Both the position numbers and the translations under genes were made by a program. From positions 1,848-65,847 of the forward strand of contig LNDB01000011.1 in assembly GCA_001515265.1 (NCBI GenBank): DNA of 64,000 bases, given 5' to 3'. Each line of letters opens with the position of its first letter. The first letter of the stretch is position 1. The notes under the pieces were generated by a model. That model ran no database searches, was not told the DNA's origin, and saw only the letters and a list, made by a program, of their open reading frames with translations. Source of the DNA: Candidatus Dichloromethanomonas elyunquensis (GTDB taxonomy: Bacteria; Bacillota; Desulfitobacteriia; Desulfitobacteriales; Syntrophobotulaceae). Below are positions 48,419 through 57,256 of this stretch, in pieces.

Positions 48419-50035
48419 ATGAGTAAACAATTGGATTTGCAGCTTAAAGATATAGATAAAAAGACAGACCGGCTTGTTGAGATTGATTCACTAATGCCGT
48501 TGTCTGCGCCTTATGATAAAGAAGGCATGGAACCTGACTTTGTTAAAGTCAAAGATGCCTGGAAGGAAAAATATTGCACTTCGTTAGATGGTATTATCGG
48601 TGTGGACACTTTGGTACGTCCATCAACTCCTGAAGAAGATAAATTTGTCCATAAATTTATTAATGGCTTAGCTAAATTATTTGCCGACAGCAACAAAAAT
48701 TTTCTCCAGCCGTTAACGCTTACAATGGAATACTGTGTCAAGTGCAACACTTGTTCAGAGGCTTGCCATATTTACAAATCAACAAATCAGAATGAACTTT
48801 ACAGACCAATTTTCCGTTCCGAGGTCCTCCGTAAGATCTACAAGAAATATTTTACTCGTGGCGGCAAACTATTGGGTAAATTTGTCGGTGCTGACATTGA
48901 TATTAACTGGGAAACCATAGCCCGTCTCGGTGAACTAGCTTATCGCTGCAATCTGTGCCGTCGTTGTGCTCAGACCTGCCCTCTTGGCTTAGATAATGGA
49001 ATGTTGACCCGTGAGATCAGAAAGATTTTTAGTCAGGAACTTGGGATTGCCCCTACATTCCTTCATTCCAAAGGTTCTGTGCGACAACTGGAAACGGGAT
49101 CTTCAACAGGAATTACTAAAGCTGCTCTTTTGGATAATCTTGAATTTATGGAAGAGGATATTGAGGAAAAGACCGGCCGTAAAATAAAGATTCCAATAGA
49201 TAAAAAAAGTGCGGATATACTTTTGACCCATAATACCGGGGAATTTATGGCTTGGCCGGAAAATCCTGCCGCTTTTGCCATATTATTTGAAGAAGCCGGG
49301 TTGAACTGGACGTTAAGCAGTTCCATGATGGGTTACGACAATGTTAATTATGGCATCTGGTATGACGATAATATGGCCCAAAAAATAGCACTGCAGCAAT
49401 TTCAAGCAGCAAAAGAACTCGGTGTCAGGCGGATCGTGATCGGAGAATGCGGCCATGCCCATAAAGCTGCCGCTATAAGCGCTGACCGTATGACCTACGG
49501 GGAGAACAAAGTACCTGTAGAAAGCTGCCTGCCAATTTTATGGGAATTGGTAAGAACAAAACGCCTGACTTTTAATCCGGCGAAAAACAATTTCCCGGTT
49601 ACCCTGCATGACCCCTGCAATGTTGTCAGGCAAATGGGAATAGTTCAGCCTCAAAGAAATATAATAAAAACTATTTGCCCGGGGTTTAGGGAAATGACTC
49701 CTCACGGTGTCGACAATTATTGCTGCGGCGGAGGGAGCGGATTTGCCATCATGCAGTCTCTAAACTTTGCTGACTTTAGAAATAAAGTGAGTACCCGAGT
49801 AAAATTTGATCAGATTCTCAGGGCCTTTGGTGATGATGTCGGTAATCGGGATATTGTCAAGTATGTCTGTGCTCCTTGTTCCAACTGCAAAGGTGCTATC
49901 AGGGATATGTTAGCATATTATCAGGCGACAGATAAATTCAATATCCATTATGGCGGCTTAGTTGAACTGATGGTCAATGCCCTCAGTACCATTGATAAAC
50001 CTTACTTGACATTCACGGATGAACTAATGCCGTGA
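48419..50035 (+). CDS. DsrK/HdrD-like Fe-S oxidoreductase with a CCG domain
   Basis: Two ferredoxin motifs (CVKCNTCSEACHIY, CNLCRRCAQTCPLG) and a CCG-type region (HDPCNVVRQ...NYCCGGGSG...CAPCSNCKG). GAGGAG RBS before ATG 48419. Confidence 0.75.
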   Translation: MSKQLDLQLKDIDKKTDRLVEIDSLMPLSAPYDKEGMEPDFVKVKDAWKEKYCTSLDGIIGVDTLVRPSTPEEDKFVHKFINGLAKLFADSNKNFLQPLTLTMEYCVKCNTCSEACHIYKSTNQNELYRPIFRSEVLRKIYKKYFTRGGKLLGKFVGADIDINWETIARLGELAYRCNLCRRCAQTCPLGLDNGMLTREIRKIFSQELGIAPTFLHSKGSVRQLETGSSTGITKAALLDNLEFMEEDIEEKTGRKIKIPIDKKSADILLTHNTGEFMAWPENPAAFAILFEEAGLNWTLSSSMMGYDNVNYGIWYDDNMAQKIALQQFQAAKELGVRRIVIGECGHAHKAAAISADRMTYGENKVPVESCLPILWELVRTKRLTFNPAKNNFPVTLHDPCNVVRQMGIVQPQRNIIKTICPGFREMTPHGVDNYCCGGGSGFAIMQSLNFADFRNKVSTRVKFDQILRAFGDDVGNRDIVKYVCAPCSNCKGAIRDMLAYYQATDKFNIHYGGLVELMVNALSTIDKPYLTFTDELMP

Positions 50036-50093
50036 TGCCATGGATTGCAAGGAACGGAAAAACTTCGAAGAATTCAAATTATAGTCTTCTGAT

Positions 50094-50263
50094 GCGAGTT
50101 GAAAAAAGCCGGTTATGCGAATGCCCTAATAAGCGCTCAGAAGGTATTGGCCAAAGAAAACTTTTCCAACTTCACGCCTCACCCTTTGGTCGTTAAGCTG
50201 ACGTATTCCCATCCTCCAATCAGTCAGCACATTGAAGCGCTTGTTACGAGTTGGCATCCGTAA
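50094..50263 (+). pseudogene. 3' fragment of an M48 (Ste24/HtpX-like) metallopeptidase gene
   Basis: Translation KKAGYANALISAQKVLAKENFSNFTPHPLVVKLTYSHPPISQHIEAL matches the typical M48 C-terminus (..ENLSNLTPHPL...YSHPP..ERI.AL). No upstream catalytic domain is present. Confidence 0.45.
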
Positions 50264-51659
50264 AGATTTTAATCAGTTCCATTTTACTGTTAATATTCAG
50301 CTTCTGGTAAATATTTTTGATATGATATTTTAGGGTGTTCTCACTGATCAATAGTTTTTCGGAAATCGCTTTATAGGTATATCCTTTGCGTAACAGCTTA
50401 ACGATTTCCGTTTCCTTGCCGGTCAATCGTTTGTTGTCTTGAAAAACCGTGAAGGGTTCTTTTTGCTCTTCTGCCTTTACTTCTGATTCAAAAATAAAGG
50501 GATGGCTTTGCAATAAGATTCTGAGCTGCTTTTGGAGAACCGGCAGCAAAATCAGGACACTAAAGATGACAAACAGTGCCAGGATGACTGCATAATATAT
50601 GGCATATGGTGTTAAAAAAATATAATCCCCGACAAAACCGCCTAAAATGATTCCTAATACATTCATGGAGAGCCCCATTCCAAAGATTAGGGCCGGATTA
50701 CGGTAATAATCAAGAAGGTTGCCTAGAATACTCCAAAAAAACAGATCACAAACCCCAAAAGCGCCCAGCATAAGAGTGTCAATCAATAGATAGGTCGCCA
50801 CGGATTTTTGCAGCAGCATAAATGATAAAAAAGAAAGACCAATCATAATCATAGCTACATAGAGAATATAGGCCTTGCTGATCTTTATGGATAAATTACG
50901 CAGGATTAGCAGCGTCACGATATAAGGAACCGCCCAGTAATAGCTGGCCAAAAATTTGTATTCCGCGAAGACTGGATTAACCACGCGGTACATCAGCCCG
51001 GAGTTAATGGTAATCATTACGATAAAAATACTTAAAATTACAAGCGGTTTATAAGCTAATCGCGGGTATTTGGTTAATGGGATACTTATCCTGGTATTTC
51101 CACCGGAATAGCTTTGCAGCCTGAAGGATAGGAAGAAGGATCCAAGAAGTAAGAGCATCTCAAATCCCAAGCCAATATAGGCTGAAAAATTGATGGCCAG
51201 AATGTTGGCCAAAATCATCAAGATGTTGGATAGGATCAGTACATTGGCGGCTGTTTTCAGACGGTCGTCCTTCTGAGTATGGGCCTGAAAGAAAAACCCC
51301 CACCCGGCAACGACCAGACCGGCCGTGTAAGCCATGACTGCCAATACAAGGTACCAAAGCCAGGAAGAATGAAATAAAAAAATAATACTGCCTGCCAGAC
51401 ATAAACCGGCAGATAAGGATAAGACTGTTTTAGCGGCCGGCAGTTTATTAATGATGAAACCGCCGGTTATTAGTCCGGTGAAATGGGCACATAGTGCTGC
51501 CAAATTTAGAAAAGAATAAGACAATGCTTGAGATTCCAATAGAGAAGAAAGAACTTGGCCCTCAAAAGGAAAGGATAATAACCAGCCGAAAAACAAGGAA
51601 AAACTTAGTGTTGAAAATAATTTTTGTTTATTTAATTCCTTGAGTCCCAGTAAAAACAT
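50244..51659 (-). CDS. Membrane-embedded LuxR-family transcriptional regulator
   Basis: About 10-12 TM helices over the first ~390 aa, then the LuxR HTH LTGKETEIVKLLRKGYTYKAISEKLLISENTLKYHIKNIYQKLNI. Confidence 0.85.
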   Translation of the reverse strand: MFLLGLKELNKQKLFSTLSFSLFFGWLLSFPFEGQVLSSLLESQALSYSFLNLAALCAHFTGLITGGFIINKLPAAKTVLSLSAGLCLAGSIIFLFHSSWLWYLVLAVMAYTAGLVVAGWGFFFQAHTQKDDRLKTAANVLILSNILMILANILAINFSAYIGLGFEMLLLLGSFFLSFRLQSYSGGNTRISIPLTKYPRLAYKPLVILSIFIVMITINSGLMYRVVNPVFAEYKFLASYYWAVPYIVTLLILRNLSIKISKAYILYVAMIMIGLSFLSFMLLQKSVATYLLIDTLMLGAFGVCDLFFWSILGNLLDYYRNPALIFGMGLSMNVLGIILGGFVGDYIFLTPYAIYYAVILALFVIFSVLILLPVLQKQLRILLQSHPFIFESEVKAEEQKEPFTVFQDNKRLTGKETEIVKLLRKGYTYKAISEKLLISENTLKYHIKNIYQKLNINSKMELIKIFTDANS

Positions 51660-51784
51660 AACTTTTTCCTCGATCTTCCCCGTTGCATTATTTAATTCTA
51701 CATTTTACACTATTTTTGTAAAGTATAGTAGAGTTTTAAGGATATTAGCGAGGATCTTTGCCTACCTTTCGATAAATGCAATAA

Positions 51785-51804
51785 GGGGTGCTTTTAGACA
51801 CCCC
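51785..51804 (-). terminator. Stem-loop terminator candidate downstream of the minus-strand operon
   Basis: GGGGTG-cttttaga-CACCCC 29 nt past the AIM24-family stop, with T-rich flanks on the minus strand. Confidence 0.5.
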
Positions 51805-51832
51805 GATGACAAATTATGAACTTGCGTTCTTC

Positions 51833-52522
51833 TTAATTGCTGCTACGCTGAACCGGCAGGAAGGGGATAATGGTCTTGGCCAGGTTCATGGCCGGCATGG
51901 TCTGCAGCCAGACGGGTCCTGGTCCCCTGAGTTCAGTGAGGAAGAGTCCTTCGCCGCCGAATAACACATTTTTAAAGCCTTTGGCCATTCTAACTTCCAT
52001 TTGAACATTGGATCCGTGGGCCGCTACGTGTCCTGTATCTACAACCATAACCTCTCCAGGCTGAAGGTTATGCTGAATTGTGCTGCCGTCAATTTCTAAG
52101 AAGGTCTTTCCGGGGCCGGTAATACGCTGCATAATGAAGCCTTCCCCTCCAAATAGACCTGCGCCCATTTTCTGTTTGAAATGGATTTCCAACTGGACGC
52201 TTTTCTCCGCGCATAAAAAGGCTTTCTTCTGGGCGATGATGCTTTCCCCGGATTGGAGATCAAAAGGAATAATACTCCCCGGGAAGGAAGCGGGAAACGA
52301 AATAACCCCTTCCCCATTGCCGCAGGTATAGGTCGTCATAAAAAGGGATTCCCCTGAGAACTTACGGGTAAGACCACCCAGCAAGCCGCCCTCCATATTG
52401 GTGCTCATGCTGATGTTTGAACTCATCCAGCCCATCCCGCCGCTTTCGGTGAAAAGGCTCTCTCCAGGCGAAAGTTTACAAACGACTACCGGCATACTGC
52501 CGCCAAGAATTTCATACTGCAT
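51833..52522 (-). CDS. AIM24/TIGR00266-family protein
   Basis: 229 aa. The N-terminus MQYEILGGSMPVVVCKLSPGESLFTESGGMGWMS is typical of the DUF124/AIM24 family. Confidence 0.7.
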   Translation of the reverse strand: MQYEILGGSMPVVVCKLSPGESLFTESGGMGWMSSNISMSTNMEGGLLGGLTRKFSGESLFMTTYTCGNGEGVISFPASFPGSIIPFDLQSGESIIAQKKAFLCAEKSVQLEIHFKQKMGAGLFGGEGFIMQRITGPGKTFLEIDGSTIQHNLQPGEVMVVDTGHVAAHGSNVQMEVRMAKGFKNVLFGGEGLFLTELRGPGPVWLQTMPAMNLAKTIIPFLPVQRSSN

Positions 52523-52564
52523 ATTGACACCTCTTTCCAGTCATGTAAATGAATATTATTTATT

Positions 52565-53278
52565 TTAAGCCGACAAATCAGACAATGCCGCAGCGGACCA
52601 AGACCAGGCCAGAAGCTCTGTTACCTGGGAAACTCCTACCGGGCGAATACTTAACTGTGATATCGTTGGCAACGTTAGAAAGAATAAAGCCTTTGAGCTT
52701 CCGTAGAAGGTCATGATAAGCGGTTTATCCATCCCCGGACCGGCAACGTTGACCTCAAGAAAAAGGCTATTGCGGGTAAAAGCCTGGGCTAATTCCCATC
52801 CCACAGGGGTGAGCCAGAAGAAGTCGTCCTCCAAAAGAGGAGCTTCTGCCTCCGCGTTCCAGCTTCCGGTGAGGAGACCGTCAGAGTACAGTGATTTAAG
52901 AGCCGGCCACAAGAGCTCCGGGCCTTTCGCTGTGAAAGCGCTTATCTGCCCGGCGGTCACCATAGCTATAACTCCGGCTTCCAGGTATTGAATGAGTATC
53001 TCACCCAGCTGGCGAAGCAGGGTGTACGCATCCTCGTTCAAAGAAAATAATCCCATGTCAGAGGCTGGATAAGGGACCAAGAATCGTCCGGTTTCTTCCT
53101 GCATCTGTTTAATAGCTTCAAATACACTTGCGTAGCGGCGCACTGTGCTGCCACGAGTATCGGAGCTGGAAGTAAAAATGCCATCGGCTGACGTGAAGAA
53201 ACCGGTGGAAAGAGAGCTTTCCGCCTGCCAGCCGGTTATCGACATCATTCTAACCAGATTTCCAGTATTCTCGTTCAT
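52565..53278 (-). CDS. Hypothetical soluble protein (237 aa)
   Basis: Long ORF with no recognisable motif. Its start codon abuts the stop of the upstream 756-aa gene. Confidence 0.6.
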   Translation of the reverse strand: MNENTGNLVRMMSITGWQAESSLSTGFFTSADGIFTSSSDTRGSTVRRYASVFEAIKQMQEETGRFLVPYPASDMGLFSLNEDAYTLLRQLGEILIQYLEAGVIAMVTAGQISAFTAKGPELLWPALKSLYSDGLLTGSWNAEAEAPLLEDDFFWLTPVGWELAQAFTRNSLFLEVNVAGPGMDKPLIMTFYGSSKALFFLTLPTISQLSIRPVGVSQVTELLAWSWSAAALSDLSA

Positions 53279-55549
53279 CTACATGCCTCCTTTTCCATTT
53301 AGTGAATTGAGAATGTTTTGCAGCTGTACCTGCTGGTCGGAGGGTAGACCGGGGACGGTAAGGCGTTGCTGCAAAGCTAGTTTCTGCGCCTCGTTCAGGG
53401 CGTTTTGCATTGCGGGGTCAGACCAATTTTGGACCACAGGTGCTTGTGGGCCTAAGTCGCCGGTAACTCCGTCCATGGCCCTATTGGTCAAGTACTCTAC
53501 CAGTTTGGAGGGGCTGGCGTCATAGCCTAATGTGGCTTTGGTAGCGTATTTGAAAGCTGTATCCCCCAAACCGACTACCGGATTTTTTGTAAGGACGGTT
53601 TTTACCCCTACCTGAATGCCGGATTTGGTTAGTGCTTTGACCGTCGAGTCACCTGCCGCCATATAACCGGCAGTGTAATTGGCAGCATCATTCACCTTGG
53701 AAATTATATTTACACCATTACAGAAATTCTCTTCTCCGGGGGATACACCATACAGATTATATTGTTTTGCCATATCGGTAATCCCGGTATGAATACCCAG
53801 TCCATCAAAGATTTGTTCCCTTTGATCATTGAAAGGTAAAGGCGCCCCATCCATTATTTCCTGGCGCAGGGCGTACTTTTCGTTATACGTTAAGTTTGGT
53901 TTATTGGTATCCTGCAGCATCTGGCTCAAGGCATGATTGATACTATTTTTATCTCCTAAAGTCTGGCCGTTTGCGTTCACGGTCATGTTCTGCACCAATT
54001 TATTCATATCATCATAGGCTTGACTGGTGGGAGCATTCTGGATGATCCAGAGTTTAGTCTGAATATCATCGGTGCTGGACCATAACCCGGCCTGTTTGGC
54101 AGCCATTTCGGCCTGAACAACCTTATTCAGATCAACCTTATTGCTTGTAAACTCCTGCCAGTGCTGATTACGGCTGGCTTCGGTCTGAGCCAAGTCATCG
54201 GGAGTCTTCCAGCCCCATTCTTTGGAATAAACCATGCCCTGCTGTAAAAATGACTGATCCCTGGCGAATTGATCCTTAGACACCCAACCGCCGCCGTCCA
54301 CCTCGGACCAGACCAAACCCTGCTGATTAACCGTGCCATGGGCAGGAGGATAACCGGCTCCGTAAGAAACATCAGGAGTGGGACTCGGAGTAAGAGGTAT
54401 GGCGGGATCAAGGGCAACCCCTCCAAAGGAGCCGGCTAATAATGAACCGACTAAAGCTCCCAATGCCGGAGGTAAACCTATAAGAAAGGCTCTGATGGAT
54501 CCTTCGCTTCTCAGCCAGGAACCAAGGTTCCCCCCGGATTCCACCCAACCGCCGTCATCGGCCAGCGTATTCGCGGGAGTGCACAGAATCAGGATAATAT
54601 TGAGGCCAATATATAGAAAAAGCCAGGAATAGGAAGTTCTGTCTGTTCGGCTTTTTTGGACAAAAGCCAATACAATTGAAAATAAAATAAGCAAATATAT
54701 GCTGTACGGTTTGAAAGGAAGTATGGCAAAAATTACAAATCCAACAGCTATACCACCTAACGCCGCGATAGCGGTATTGCGGTTAAAGTTTCCTGCCGGT
54801 TTGTTTTTATGGAATAAACGGTTCCAATCTGACCATGCCAGCCTGGCGATGGTAAAGAATATACCATCGCTTTGGCTGCTTAAACTCACAACTATAACCA
54901 CGGCCAGCAACAGGCAGGCCAAAGGATTTTTTATTAACAGACTCAGCACAAGGCTTGAAGCGCCAAAGATCAGCATTATTAACAGGCCCAGGTTTCCGGT
55001 CTGTTTAACGGCCTGGATTATAGTTGACGGCACATGCCCAACTTGTCCGAAAAATGAACCGAGCTGTCCTTGTTTTAATTTAGTAAACAAAGATATAACC
55101 AACCAGGACAGGATCATCCAGACAATTGTTCCACCGGCTACTTGCCCTCTCAGGGCTAAAATATTGGATAAAAAAGTAGCTTCCGGAGCAAATCCGCCGT
55201 TGGGACCCACTACTAAAAAAGTATGAATGAGAAGCACCAGCACACCCATTAGGATCATCCGGGGCAAATTTTTAATAAATCCCTTGAGTAAACTTCTTAG
55301 AATTTGGAGAAGAAACTTAGCTAACGTTTCCGGAGATTTCCCGGTGGTGTCCTGGTGGTACATCGTCCAATTCTGTCCGTCCCATTTAAGCCAGCTGCCA
55401 TCCTGATGATTAATCTGCCACCAAACGCCATCCGGAGTTTGCAGCCGAATGTTCTGAGTCTCCTGCACAAACCGGTCATAATTTATAGCTCCCATGCGAA
55501 GCTGAACCTTAAGATGATCATACATCCCTTTAGCTTCTTCGAAAGTCAA
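53279..55549 (-). CDS. Hypothetical polytopic membrane protein (756 aa) with a Trp-rich N-terminal domain and a roughly 370-aa C-terminal soluble domain
   Basis: N-terminus DGVWWQINHQDGSWLKWDGQNWTMY, then about 9-10 TM helices (aa ~95-385), then a hydrophilic Q/N-rich C-terminal domain. 4-nt ATGA overlap with the upstream gene. Confidence 0.65.
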   Translation of the reverse strand: MTFEEAKGMYDHLKVQLRMGAINYDRFVQETQNIRLQTPDGVWWQINHQDGSWLKWDGQNWTMYHQDTTGKSPETLAKFLLQILRSLLKGFIKNLPRMILMGVLVLLIHTFLVVGPNGGFAPEATFLSNILALRGQVAGGTIVWMILSWLVISLFTKLKQGQLGSFFGQVGHVPSTIIQAVKQTGNLGLLIMLIFGASSLVLSLLIKNPLACLLLAVVIVVSLSSQSDGIFFTIARLAWSDWNRLFHKNKPAGNFNRNTAIAALGGIAVGFVIFAILPFKPYSIYLLILFSIVLAFVQKSRTDRTSYSWLFLYIGLNIILILCTPANTLADDGGWVESGGNLGSWLRSEGSIRAFLIGLPPALGALVGSLLAGSFGGVALDPAIPLTPSPTPDVSYGAGYPPAHGTVNQQGLVWSEVDGGGWVSKDQFARDQSFLQQGMVYSKEWGWKTPDDLAQTEASRNQHWQEFTSNKVDLNKVVQAEMAAKQAGLWSSTDDIQTKLWIIQNAPTSQAYDDMNKLVQNMTVNANGQTLGDKNSINHALSQMLQDTNKPNLTYNEKYALRQEIMDGAPLPFNDQREQIFDGLGIHTGITDMAKQYNLYGVSPGEENFCNGVNIISKVNDAANYTAGYMAAGDSTVKALTKSGIQVGVKTVLTKNPVVGLGDTAFKYATKATLGYDASPSKLVEYLTNRAMDGVTGDLGPQAPVVQNWSDPAMQNALNEAQKLALQQRLTVPGLPSDQQVQLQNILNSLNGKGGM

Positions 55550-56583
55550 GGCATTCCCTCCAATCTTTTATATAATTGCTGCACAGCTTCCGGTGAAAGA
55601 CGGTTTAAACCGTCACGGGTACCAATCCAGATATTTCCTTCAGCATCTTCCAGCACCTTTTTTACCTCGGAATTAGCCAAGCCGCTTTTTTCGTTTAAGA
55701 CCAGCTTCTTCCCATCTTTGTATATGGAAACACCGTCATATTCGGACCCCAGCCAATAATAGCCCGGGGTATCCTGAGTAAGAGACCTGACCTTGGCTCC
55801 TGCCAGAACATCCTTTTCATTCAAAACCTGCTTAATCTTCCAAAGTTCACCTTCCTTACTAAGGATGCAGGCTCCGCCTCGATCCAACAACCCCCCTCCT
55901 GCCCAGACCAGTCCTTCCCGGTCTTGATACAAGGTGCTGATATTGTTGTGAGGCAGTCCCTGAGCCACGGAGAAATATTGCCACTTACCGTCTTTGTAAT
56001 AACTTAAACCGCCCTGGGGGGCTATCTTTGATCCGAACCACAAGCCGCCAGCATTGTCTGACAAAATGACGTTAACCATATCAGCCAATAAACCGTCATT
56101 CTTCGTGAGGATTTTTTTTATTCCGTCCCGGTAATAAACCGCCCCTCCCCAGGTGCCGGTCCAAATTCCACCCGCAGAGTCGCTTTCAAGAGTTAAAACC
56201 CTATTATCCGGCAGACCATCGGCAGTGGTTATATTGGTAAACTTATGGCCGTCCCAACATGATAACCCCTGGTCATGTCCGATCCATAGACGTCCCGAGT
56301 TATCCAGAAGAAGAGCCCTGACCGAGTGCAGTTCAGGCTGGGCCGCCAGCTTCTGTAATACTTGGCCGTCACTGCGCCTGATCTGGTAAACTCCTTCCTC
56401 CCCGCCGGCCCACAAAATATCTCCTTGCAGAATCAGTGCGGATACTTCATGGGGAGGACGAATAAGCTGCCAGCCCTTGGGAAGAGGTTGTTTAAAGTTC
56501 TGGCTCAGTAAGTGGCCGCCCAAAGAAAAAATAGCCAAAATAACAAGTACATAAAATGAGATTCTAATTTTGTTCCAATTCAT
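55546..56583 (-). CDS. Membrane-anchored beta-propeller protein (two-component-regulator propeller repeats)
   Basis: N-terminal TM helix ISFYVLVILAIFSLGG, then repeated G-LW-G-..GL blocks (GRLWIGHDQGL, GGIWTGTWGG, GGLWFGSK, GLVWAGG, YYWLGSEYDG, GNIWIGTRDGL). Confidence 0.7.
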   Translation of the reverse strand: MNWNKIRISFYVLVILAIFSLGGHLLSQNFKQPLPKGWQLIRPPHEVSALILQGDILWAGGEEGVYQIRRSDGQVLQKLAAQPELHSVRALLLDNSGRLWIGHDQGLSCWDGHKFTNITTADGLPDNRVLTLESDSAGGIWTGTWGGAVYYRDGIKKILTKNDGLLADMVNVILSDNAGGLWFGSKIAPQGGLSYYKDGKWQYFSVAQGLPHNNISTLYQDREGLVWAGGGLLDRGGACILSKEGELWKIKQVLNEKDVLAGAKVRSLTQDTPGYYWLGSEYDGVSIYKDGKKLVLNEKSGLANSEVKKVLEDAEGNIWIGTRDGLNRLSPEAVQQLYKRLEGMP

Positions 56584-57256
56584 CTTGCCGGTTCAGGACA
56601 CCTCCTTTCATATGCAGAATCCTGTCTGATATTGTCCTGGCCTCTACCGGATCATGAGTCACATAAAGGATGGTTATGTGGTTCTGCTCTGTTATCCTTA
56701 AGATAAATTCCAGAAGTTGTTCTCTGCTGTCACTATCCAGGTTGGACAAAGGTTCATCCATGAGAATACTGCAAGGATAGGGAGCGATAGATCGGGCCAA
56801 CGCCACCCTGCGGGCTTCACCGCCGGAAAGATTAGAAGGATAACGTCCGGCCAGCTTTTCCAGTCCGGTTTCTTCCAACACATCTTTTAAACGTCTGTCA
56901 GCCTCGAATTTCTCCATCTTTTGCAAACCGAAGCGTATATTGTCCGCAACGGTCATATGCGGCCACAGGGCGGGAGACTGGAAAACAAACCCGAGTCGGC
57001 GGCGGTGTGGCTCCAGAATCCATTTTGATGTGCTGACACATTCGCCAAACAGGTTGATACTTCCCTCATCCGGTCCCTCCAACCCCGCTATAATACGCAG
57101 CAATGTGCTTTTACCTATACCCGAGGGGCCTACGATCACAGCGCGCTCCCCCGGCTCGAGGTCTAAATTAAGACCCTGCAGCACTTTTCGGGATCCATAA
57201 CTTTTAGTAATCTGATTGGCCTGAATAGCTTGAATTGCTTTAGTCATCTTCCCCAC
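56564..57256 (-). CDS. ABC transporter ATP-binding protein (FbpC/PotA-like, no C-terminal regulatory domain)
   Basis: Walker A GPSGIGKST, signature LSGGEARRV and Walker B ILMDEPLS. Only 230 aa. Confidence 0.88.
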   Translation of the reverse strand: MGKMTKAIQAIQANQITKSYGSRKVLQGLNLDLEPGERAVIVGPSGIGKSTLLRIIAGLEGPDEGSINLFGECVSTSKWILEPHRRRLGFVFQSPALWPHMTVADNIRFGLQKMEKFEADRRLKDVLEETGLEKLAGRYPSNLSGGEARRVALARSIAPYPCSILMDEPLSNLDSDSREQLLEFILRITEQNHITILYVTHDPVEARTISDRILHMKGGVLNRQDELEQN

